Shown here piece by piece: positions 17,620-28,500 of a stretch of 64,000 nt of DNA. This DNA is from the human T2T-CHM13v2.0 reference genome, Homo sapiens. Each line of letters starts with the position of its first letter. Positions within the stretch are counted from its first letter, which is position 1. Below the pieces are notes generated by a model. The model saw only the letters and a program-made list of their open reading frames with translations. It was not told the origin of the DNA and did no database searches. Position numbers and translations under genes: made by a program. The stretch lies in the NCBI RefSeq assembly GCF_009914755.1, contig NC_060947.1; one strand, written 5' to 3'.

Positions 17620-19697
17620 TATTGGTTATAAAAAGCCACAGTCTGTAAGATATTTAAAGAGGCAGAGGCTTATTCTCAGCCAAATATGAGTGACAATGGC
17701 CTGAGGCACAATCTTAAGAGGTCCTGAGACCATGTGCCTAAGGTGGTTGGGTTATAACTTGGCTTTATATGTTTTAGGGAGATGTAACCACCCAACAGGT
17801 TCATCTTGCCCACTGCCCAGATCGAGTTGCTTTATCAAGTTAGGGGAATTACAATAGAGAAAGTTGAATGGACACAAGGACTGCCTCCTTGAGAGAACTG
17901 GAGTTATCACTCAAATCAGTCTTTCTGAAGGCATGAATGTTAGGGTTTTTATGGACAATTTGGTCAGCAGGGAGCTAGAGAATTGGTGTTGCTGATTAAT
18001 TGGGGATGAACTCATAGGGGTGTCCAAAACAGTCCTCATGCCCCGAGTTGGAATCTGGGTGGGGCCACAGGATCAGTTGAGTAATGAGTCAGAAGTCCAG
18101 GTAGAATCATTCTGAAAGATACCTCAAAAACAAAACAAAAGAAAACAATTTTACGTTCTACAAGAGTGATGTTATCTATAGGAGCAATTGGAGAAGTCGC
18201 GAATCTTGTGACTTCTGGCCACATGACTCCTGAGCAGTAAGGGATTGTAGAAAGTACACTTACATTTTAGCAGAGTTCAGGCTCCTCTCATAATCCTGTT
18301 CTTGTGGACTTTCATTAGTCTTATAAATGTGGGTTTCAATTCCTGAGCAAGCTTTGGGGTTAGTGTTAGAGACAGACTTGCTTTTAAGTTAAACTAAAAA
18401 CTAAATTCCTCCCAGTGTTAGCTTGACCTATACCCAGAAGTGATGAATTACATCTTGGAGATAAGAAGCAAGATGGGGCCAACTACGTCAGGTTTCTCTT
18501 ACTGTCATAATTTTACAAAGGCAGTTTCAGGTCCCTGTGGAGTCATCTGATCATTGGAAATGCAGAAGTCTGGAAACACATTTCAAAAGGTCAATCTTAG
18601 GTTCTACAACCATGATGTTATTTACAGGAATAATTGAGGAAGTTCCAAATCTTGTGACTTCTGGGACAGTCGCTGCTAATCATTTAACAATGCCTATATC
18701 TTAACAGAATTCAGGTCACTCTTATAATTCTAACCTTGTGGACTTTATTGTTTTTATAAAGATGATTCAGTTTTGTGAGGGCTATTATCATTTAAACTAT
18801 AAACAAAATTTCTCCCAAAATTAACTTGGCCCACACCCAGGAATGACCAAGAGCAGGTTGGAGGTTAAAAGCAAGATGGAGTTGGTTAGATCAAATCACT
18901 TAAAGTGTAAAAATATTCTGTTATAATTTTTTTTCAAAAGTTGTTTCAGATATATAAGATATTAGTCAATACATATGAGGTACACATTTGTTCAGTCCAG
19001 AAAGGCTGGACAACTCCAAGTGAGGGTTTATAGGTCATAGGTGGGTTCAAAAATATTCTGATTGGCAATTGGTTGAAAGAGTTAAGTTATTATCTAAAGA
19101 CCTGGAATAAATAACAAAGAATGTCTGGGTTAATAAGATAAAGAGTTGTGGAAACTATGGTTCTTATTATGTATATGATGCCTCATAGATGGCTGTCTTT
19201 AGAAACAATAGATGACAAATATTTTCTGTTTTTACCTTTAAATGATGCTAGACTCTGAGTTAATCTCTTCAGGGTTGGGAAGGCCTGAATGGGGAAAGAT
19301 CTAGCTATGTTAATATATGTCATTTATAGATGCACATTTTTGCCCACAAAAGGTTTTTCAGGGCCATTTTAAAATGTGACAAAGACACATATTTTTGAGT
19401 AAAATATTTTTCTTTCTTTATTTGTCTGTCATGTGATGTTATACTAGAGTCAATTGGGAATTTGGTATCTTATTGTTACAAAGAGCCTGTTTTGTCAGTC
19501 TTAAGGTCTATTTTTTAGTATTAATGCTGGTCACTTGTACCTGAGCTTCAAAGGAAGAAGAGTATAAGAAGTCATGTGTGATTCTCCCTTGCCATCGTGG
19601 AATGAACTAGTTTTTTCAGATTTCTTAGGGTTCCCTTGGCCATGAGAGGATTCCATTCAGTCACTTGAGGTGCTTCAAATTTTATTTTTGGTTTACA
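17620..19697 (-). mobile_element. MER4 (D/E-like) solo LTR split by an LTR8-type insertion
   Basis: Ends TTTATTTTTGGTTTACA. TSD TAAA (17616-17619 / 19698-19701). Halves at 17620-17782 and 18949-19697. Confidence 0.85.
17783..18948 (-). mobile_element. LTR8/LTR8A-type LTR plus a second partial LTR8-type unit
   Basis: TGTAACCACCCAACAGGTTCATCTTGCCCACTGCC ... AAAGGCAGTTTCA (18529), then a related partial unit ending AAAAGTTGTTTCA (18948). Near-TSD GAGA/GATA. Confidence 0.8.
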
Positions 19698-20415
19698 TAA
19701 ACAATTGATGAAAAAAATCTTTTTTTTAAAAGGACACATAATAGTGTCATGCTTAGCCTTTAGAATTCTCTTGTCTAAGTTAAGGAACAAAAGTATGACC
19801 TAAAAAAAGTTAAAATTCTTTGTAAGCTTAAAACTTCCTTCATCAGTTTCTTTCTGGGAACAGCAATGGAGACCTCCCTATGCTATCTGCCAGTAGCTAA
19901 GGTGCTGCCCTTTTACAGTGCTGGCTTTGGTTTGATTTCTGGCCAGGGAATGAGTCTTTTCTGGTTTGATATTTGTGTGCCTTTTGCCATTTATTGATGC
20001 TTTTCATTTCCATGGACAGATTTTGATTTCCTATCTTCTGTCTGTGGGGGCATATGGGGCTTTTTGACCTGTGTATGTAGATGATAAGCTGAGAAGCTGA
20101 TACCCTCAAGAATATGGCACAACAGAATTATGAACTGCGTTTTGTTTTGGGGTGATTCTGAATTTTATGAGGACTGCTTTGCCTCTCTTTGGAGACTTCA
20201 CATGTCCTTGTTTAAGTCATAACTCTGGTTAAAGCTTATTAGTTTCATTTGTAGAATAACTTTGGTAAAGAAGTTTAAAAGCCACAAATGCCAGCTGTTT
20301 GCCCCAGGTAAAATCAGGTAATAAGAGATTAATTTATTTGTTTATTCATTTTCACAGAGATCTACAGTTAGAAGTCAATTTAATTAAAAGTTGATATCCA
20401 AGTATACACACACAC

Positions 20416-20814
20416 GAAAAACTACAGACAAATTAAATTTAAAGACTTAAAGGAGTTTCATTGAGCAATAAGCTATTTGCGAATCGGGCAGCATTCTGAG
20501 CCATGGTAGGCTCAGAGACTGTAGCGCAGACACATGGTGGAAGAAGATTTATGGACAGAAAAGGGAAAGTGACATACAGAAAACAGAAGTGAGGCACAGA
20601 AACAACTGGATTGGTTACAACTCAGCATTTGCCTTATTTGAACATGGTTCAAACAGTTGGCTACATATGGTTGGCCAAAACTCAGTGATTGGCACAGGTG
20701 TGGGCTACAGTCTGTTTACACCTCTACTTGTTATAGTTCACAATGTACAGAAAAACCTATATGCAAAACTCAAAATATGTAAGGACACAGCTTTAGGCTA
20801 AGCTTGATTTAACA
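20416..20814 (-). mobile_element. MER57-type 3' LTR
   Basis: Direct repeat of 28098-28500. The adjacent ATTCCCCCTTT is the polypurine tract on the minus strand. Confidence 0.88.
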
Positions 20815-23800
20815 ATTCCCCCTTTAGGAAATTTTCTGAATTTTGAGAAATTGACTAAAACTTTAGACAATGATATTACTATCATCATCTTAAATGTACT
20901 TATTTGGTCTTGCAACCCACTGGGAAACAGTAAAACAGTGGGTTTTGCAAGGTGGGAACAAGGACTGAGTAGAGGGTACCTCCTTATGCCAGAACATTCT
21001 GTTTACAGGAGAAAAACAAAAGCCGGTCTGTTCTAGGACCTATGTGTTCCCTTTAAGTCTTAGTTTGATTATGTCATATTGAGCGAGAGCGATTCCATTT
21101 TAGTTTGGTTTGGTCTGTTGGGGCCTAGTGCATGAGCTCAGTCCAAAACAACAGCCTCCCATAATTTTGTTTTAAAAAACCCCCCTTTTTGGTCGGGTTC
21201 TCACTTTTCTGAGAGTGTGACCAAAACTTAGGGTCTTAGTGCCACTCTCAGTTATCATCATTTTGAGTTTCTGGTGCCAGCATGTCATTCATAGATTATA
21301 GTGTCCTCATGGTCACACATTTCTTTCAGCTCTTGCCATTCCAGTTGAAAAGAGACCATTTGACATTGTAGAGATGGCTGCATCTAAACATTTAAAACCT
21401 TTGAGAGAACAGCACACCAAGAAGACTACTTTTATGACTATTAGGAGAATAATACCAAGAATTTGGAGTATTATTTTTATCCAGTGTCCCCATAATCCAA
21501 ACCACCTAAAATCAAATAGATCAAAGAATGAGCTAGATAAAGAGTCTACTCACTTAACTAAGCAGTCTCTTTGTTAATCCCCTACACATAAATCTGTATA
21601 ATACCTAATATTTTCTCCATAGGCCATAAGTGCCAGCAGCTGCATAAGTACTTCTGTTTAGCCAGTAAGTAATCTAGAGTAATTCTATTATTTAGCACAA
21701 CTTTCACAAGAGTATTTAAAGTCTTTCGTGTAACTATAGCCTTTACAGTAGCACCTGCTATGGAGCCTATCATGAGGGATACATTGCTAATCATTGTTTC
21801 TTTTACTCCAAACCATGGAAAAATGACCTAACAAATGAAGCCCTTCTAGAAGACTGAAAGCCTTCTGGCAATGTTCTTTTAACTCATGATGTGGGTTAAG
21901 AGGAGTGAAACAATGTTTGTTTCTGACTAATTATGAGGCAATTTATGTACCATTAAAGTTTCTCACCTCCATTGGGCCTTCATCTTTCATGTATCAAGGT
22001 ATAACGTTATCCACATATAAGGCTGGCTGCAAAATCCTTCACAAATAAAAGTATACCTCATAAGTGCATACAACAGCCCCCTTTTTCACTTCTATTGTTC
22101 ATAGAGGCATAAGCAAGGGAAAAATATTTGAAGATAAGAGTCTCATGATAGTAGAGAAGCCTTGATTCATGATCTTGGAAAAAGCTATTCACATAAAGGA
22201 TGCATCTTCTTCTGAAGAGAAACATTCCTTGTTAGCTTTACCTTAAGGGTTCCAATGAGTGTACAGTTCCAAGAATATGGAGGGATCCTTCTCAGTTGTG
22301 AGATTATGAACCCAAGGTTCAAGGTCCTGGAGTTTTGTTGCAGTGTGAGTGGCAAGGGCACTCTTTCTCTGATGTTCTCAGAAAATCCAATCTTTGGGTT
22401 CTAGATTGTGAAAAAGCTGATTTTCCTCAGTGAACCATAAAAAGCTTCCTTTACCTGGTAAAAATACACTGTGACATAATAATTTACTATTATAACATCA
22501 GCCTTCTTGCATGGGAAAGCTTTTATACAACCAGAAAACATGCATTGAAAATGACAATTTAATAAAATCACTCCATAAATATTTAAATGGCCCATCAGGT
22601 AGCTGAATGTACCTAAAGCTTTGATTGTCTTCCCGGGAATATGGGTTTGACAAAACAAACATTGGTCATAAACTATTTTATCATTTTATCTTTTCCAGTA
22701 TAAGTCATTGAATGCAGAACTTTTAATAAAATTTTAAAGGCTCAGGAAAGACAAGGCAGCCATCATGGTTCTCCATGAGTTCATGCTTAACATTGGACTT
22801 ATGTCCACTTGAATACCAGTTGTTTCTCCAATTTAGGTGTATAGCACTGATAACTGATGGATTATCATAGGTCATCTGACTTGGACCATGGAGTTCCTTC
22901 AAATTGTATATATACACAATTTCAGTATTGTCTGATTTAGCAAGAAGCCCAAAATGATACAATTTTAAAGTGATCAGAAACCTGTATTCAAGAGTGCTTT
23001 TTGGTGTCCTTTTCATCCTTTCACAAACCTCCTAAAAGACACCATATTTTAGAATTTTGCATGCTTGTGATATTTTTAGAAACTGCATCAGCATTAAGCA
23101 ATTACCCGTGGAAATGACTTTAAATTGTCAAAGTTAGACAAAATTGACAAGGAAATTTGGTTATTTCTGTAGTTTACAATAAATTAACATAACCATAATT
23201 ACGATTGATAGCATGTTCTCAGACATATCAGAATTTTAGAAATCTCATACGATTTTGGAACATATATGAATGTCGTTCACTGAAATATAACCTGAAGGAG
23301 GTTAGACATTATTGTTAACTTTATTGATTGATAGAGGAAAGACTTAGCTTTCCAAACAATCTGTCTCTTGTCTTTCGCCTTTTTTCAGTAGTTTATTCAA
23401 AAGTCAGACAAAAATCTTTCATTATCCTTTAATATTACATGAAAATCTTGTTCAAGAGAGAAAGCCAAATTTCATCCTTGCATTATTGTACTATTAATGT
23501 CAACCCCAATCTTTAATAAAACCTTATAGGCAAATCCATCAATCTTAATCAGTTTGACCATGAGGTGAAATTTTAATAAACTTTTTATAACCCTTTACAA
23601 GTTTTTGTAAAGAGCAGATCAGTGCTCTAAGTAAGCCCTGTTGTGCTTTTATTCCAATGTTCAGTTTACAGAAAAAACTGAATTATAGCTCTTTAAATTC
23701 AGCCCATATGTTCATACGCAGAATCCCTTTTACAATTAATATTTCAGAAACCTTTCATAACTTGCTCAAACCTTTAGCTTTATCCTATCGAATTTAAAAC

Positions 23801-23914
23801 AATCCTTTAATCCTCTAAGTGGGCAAAAATGTACATTCTCATGCCTTCTTATAATGTTTTACTAAAAGCACATTTTGCTTTCCTTACACATCTTGCATGT
23901 AAAACTGTTTTTCA

Positions 23915-24131
23915 CAATGAGAATACTTGGACACAGGAAGGGGAACATCACACCCCGGGGCCTGTTGTGGGGTGGGGGGAGCGGGGAGGGATAGCATTAG
24001 GAGATATACCTAATGTAAATGATGAGTTAATGGGTGCAGCACACCAACATGGCACATGTATACATCTGTGACAAACCTGCACGTTGTGCACATGTACCCT
24101 AAAACTTAAAGTATAGAAAAAAAAAACAAAA
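23915..24131 (+). mobile_element. Short 3' L1PA (PA5-like) insertion
   Basis: L1 3'UTR plus poly(A). 14-bp TSD AAAACTGTTTTTCA (23901-23914 / 24132-24145). Confidence 0.95.
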
Positions 24132-27100
24132 AAAACTGTTTTTCAGTAGTCTCAATTACATATTGCAATGTTACCTCTTACCAATTTTAATTTTTGGTGA
24201 AAAACCTGGTAAGTGACTTTAATTATTTACTAGTTTTGGAGCCTAAAGTGACATACAAAAATGCAGATAAGGTCTGACTCTTTTCAGCATAGTTAGGGGC
24301 ATGGCTAACTCCACATGTCCCCAGGCCTTACCTAGCTATAAAGCAGGTAAGTTGAACAATTTTCAAAAGTGAAAGAAGCAGTTTATAACCTTAAAGCATC
24401 TAGCAAACATAATATCTGACTTGCCTAACTTAGACCAAGTGTTTTTATTTTACCGATAATCTTTTTAAAACTGCTTTTATTTTCCAAAGGCTACTAAAGT
24501 CACATGAACTAAAAGGCTTTACAGTTTTCATTTTTCTTTCAAAATATTTGATTTAAGTGCTTATTTTTCTTCAAGCCAATTAATTAGAGCTTTTTTATAT
24601 GAACGTCACATATACAACACATATATAACTACACAGACAGACAGATGAAGATCCAGAAGTTGTAAGATTTTTTTATTTGCCAGTTTTTAAGTTTCTTAAT
24701 TGGATTACTGGTGTCACGGTGGAGTTCTTCAGGGAACAGGGCCAGGAAAGTCATGCAGTTCTTAGGGCCTAATAAGCAGGCTTCTTTGGAAGACAAAGTT
24801 TTCCAAAATTAATGGCCCCATTTTTATATCACATCCTGGATTCTCAAAAAGAAGGAAATGCTATGGGAGAAGAAAGTGCAACGCTTTTACCATGCATTTC
24901 ATTGCATGACAACCCAAAGCCACTTAGCCCATTTTGCAATCAATCCATCCTCCCACGGGAGTCTTATCTGTCAGTGGGGAGTGGCATCTCTCAGTGGGGA
25001 GTGGCGATATCTTCATACCTTCTAGGTGGCCAAGAGCATGTTTCTCTAATCCGGATGTGTAAAGAGCTGAGTATCCTCCGTAGCAGCCAATAGCCATTTC
25101 TAAAAGTGTATTTTCCACCTAGTTAGAATGCAAAGTATTTTCTGATATCCCCAAAACTCAAAACCATGAAATAATACAATGCAAAACAAAACAGAGCCTT
25201 AGATTTTGAGAGGGATCTATCCACTTCCAATTCCTGGGGTTTCATGAAGAAAACAGAGATTTTTCTCAAAATGGGATCTATGGAGCCTTCTCTCTTTTCC
25301 CCAAGGAGTCCCAGGCTATTAGAAGTTATCTTAGTTCCTGTCTTGTGTACATTGAGTAGCAAGAAGACAAAGTGGAGAAAAAAACTCAGTTGACTGAGAA
25401 GAAAATAAACCCTTTTTTCTTCAGAAAAATAAAATCCAAGAAGGAGGAAAAAAAAACATAAAGGCCTTTTAAATACACATACAGCTTGGACATCCACTGT
25501 TAACTAAGCTGACTTTTAACCACAGTGCTCTGTAAGAAACTGTCCCTTTAAATTATTTATTATACTACTTTACCTGGGCCAAATGGTCCATATTTCTGGC
25601 CTTTTAAGTTCACCAAAAGTAACCTCACAAGTGAAACAAACTTCAACTAAGGTTCTGACTCAATCACGAGTGTATGAAATATTTTCAAAAGGGTGGTAAA
25701 TCATTTTTACACAATTTAGAATCTTCAAGGGTAGCTCAGAAAAAAAAAAATAAGAAGGAAAGCTAGAAGTTGTTCTTGGAGGAAAAGAGAATCAACGAAT
25801 GGTAAAGGTCGAATAGATATCACCCAGTAAGTGCTCATTCCCTACGCTAGAATTGAACCTGGACTGCCATTGTAAAATGGCAAAGCATTAGCTGCTGAAT
25901 TACAGCACTGGGCAGTTTCCATTGCTCTTCCCAGAAGGAGTCTAAAGCAGTCAATTTTGAGTTTGCAAAGGCTTTTATCTACTCAAGGTAATTTTTAGAG
26001 CTAACTATGACATGAACCCCAAAATCCTTGTTTCCTAGATGGCAGAAACCAAGAGAAAGTGCTGCCACTTAGTTACAAGGTCAAGCTCCCAAGGTCATAA
26101 AACAAGATGGAGACCCCATCCAGTTTCTTTTTTGTTTCAGGGACCTGCAGTAAAGTTTGTTACTGAACAGTTTTCTGGGTTGTCTTGAATAGCAAGCTTG
26201 CGGGGTCCTAAGCCCATATTCTATCCTAAGGTACTTATCTTTATGACAGGACCATACAGAAAGACACACAAAGCACACCAGATATGCTACAGCTTAAGAA
26301 TAGCCTCAGAATCCTTTATCACATTAATCAAAACTTTACAGAGGAGATAAACAGTGATTTGTTTTTATCATTCACTCAGCCAGTTTGCACAGAGAGAGAG
26401 AGGCCAGAAGTCTGACTAGTAATAAATTCTTACCCTTTTGCCAGCTTGCCAAGCTTCTCGCCTCCCCCTCCCTGAGCAGCCACACTATAGCTCTGGGGGC
26501 CAAGATGCAACACAAAAGAAAATCTTTTTTTTTTTTCTTTCTGTTTCATTGAACCACAGGCAAAAGCCTGTCAATTTTGTAAGACGCTGTCCAAAGGGTG
26601 GCATGGAGTAACCAAATTAACATGTTCAATTTCGGCCAGAGTAAAATACATGCGACAAATTATAAACATTAGCCACTTTGCTTAGCACCCAATATCAAAT
26701 TGGCAATGCCCAAACTTGCCCCCAGTTTGGCCCTGTCACGTTTAATCCAACCACCCACCAGGAGATTTAACATGTGGTCTCTGGGCAAGATGGCTGCCCT
26801 GAGTAACAGAAAAGATAGGAAAGGGAAAGGAGAGAAAAAAAGAAAAACATTGCCTGTGGTAGAGTGGGGAAGTCAAGGAGCTCAGGGAGGCCAGAGAAAG
26901 ACCCACCCAATGCAATACTGAATTAAAAATTCAGGCAGCTGCTTGTCGGTCATGAAGGGATCTTTTCCAGCAGTCACATCTGCTCTCAAGTTTTCTTTTT
27001 TTAAGAGAAAAAGTTCTCCATGTTCCATGGTCCTATTCATGCCTAATCCTGTCGCTCATAGCTGTCAGAAAAAAAGTACAAGGCAGATTAATCCAAAGAG

Positions 27101-28077
27101 AATAGCAGTTAACATCCCGTAGTGCCAAATCTATTTTTACAAAGAGAGACTTTATTGAAGGGAGGTTCTCTAACCCAATTCCATCCTTTACCCATGTAAA
27201 ATATACCCCATTACTTAACCTAAGTCAGCCAATTGGTGCTGCAGTCTATTTCCTTTGGATGAGGATAGTAACTAAGCTAAAAGGTTAGTAGATTTTATTT
27301 ATTTAATCAATTAGTCACTTAAGCTTATTATTTGCCTTTCATAAAGTGTTTAAATAAAAATACTGAAATCTTTTTAGAAGCTTCTGAATATCAAGAGTCA
27401 TCTCTAGATAGGACTAATTTGGGAGACCTCATTTCCAAATGCACTTCATTGCAGTTTTGTTCATTTGGAACGTTCCAGGCTAAGTTAACTTTAGTAAGAT
27501 TTTGCCATTTCTGTGAGACTTTGGAGCTTTTGGGGCCTAACACTTATGCACGTATGAGCCAGAAAAAAACTGATCTCTTCAGAAATTAAGGATCCCATTT
27601 TTACCTAAGATATTGGCTTTACTCTCAGGTTCCCTTGATTAACATAGCCAATGACTTTTTTCCTACCTAAGCCTGTAATAATAATGAAACAGGGGGGTAG
27701 AACATAAAAATCCCTGTGAATTTTCAAAAGCCAAATATTACACATCCTGAAATATTACCACTTAACTACCAGTTTCTTTCTGACCCAGTCAGATGTAAGA
27801 GTCCTCTAACTGGAACCAAGCCAGTTAATTACTGGATCTAATCCAGCCCTGGACCCAGGCCAGTTTCTGTCACAACTTCTAAACCCAGTTTGGATCAGAA
27901 ATTTGCTCAAAGAAACTTGAACAGCTCAAAACACAAATCTGTAGAGCTCTGAAATCTGAGCGAGAACTTACCATGATCCCCAGCTGCTCCAAGAGATCAA
28001 TGGACACAAATGGGTTCTGCAGCTACCTCGCTTTGGTCGCCCAGGACTCCTAGGGTTTGTTAGAAGCTCTACTTGGG

Positions 28078-28095
28078 ACCCTGCTTCTGACACCA
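28078..28095 (-). other. Primer-binding site, tRNA-Leu type
   Basis: Minus strand TGGTGTCAGAAGCAGGG, 2 nt after the LTR. Confidence 0.8.
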
Positions 28096-28097
28096 TC

Positions 28098-28500
28098 TGA
28101 TAAAAGAAAAACTTCACCTGAATTAAATTTTTAAAACATTAATTTTGTAATGAACAGTTCATGAGTCCAGCAGCCTTATGAGCCAGCGGAGGCTCAGAGA
28201 CTCCAGTGCAGCCATGCGGTGGAAGAAGATTTACAAACAGAAAAAAAATAGTGAGGTGCAAACAGAAAATGGAAGTGAGGTACAGAAACAACTGGATTGG
28301 TTATAGCTTGGTGTTTGCCTTATTTGAACATGGTTCAAACAGCTGGCTACTTATGATTGGCCAAAACTCAGTGATTGGCACAGGTGTGGTCTATGGTGTG
28401 CTTACACCTCCATTTGCTATAGTTCACAGTGCACAGAAAATAATTTAGGCTGGACTTAAAATATGTAAGGAGGTAACTTTAAGCTAAACATTATTTAACA
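28098..28500 (-). mobile_element. MER57-type 5' LTR
   Basis: TG...CA ends, direct repeat of 20416-20814, next to the PBS. Confidence 0.9.

Larger units (their letters stand above)
20815..28097 (-). mobile_element. MER57-int provirus internal region with env remnant
   Basis: Bounded by two LTRs, a PBS and a PPT. ORF 21582..21794 contains LVKVVLNNRITLDYLLAKQ (env immunosuppressive domain). Confidence 0.85.

Noticed and set aside
21582-21794. env-like ORF as a possible domesticated syncytin-type gene
   Set aside because: Only 70 aa, frameshifted just after the ISD, with no signal peptide, SU or TM anchor.
25838-25910. Functional tRNA gene
   Set aside because: The anticodon loop is not 7 nt, the acceptor stem and A-box are degraded, and it sits inside a provirus. 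Kept only as a tRNA-like finding.
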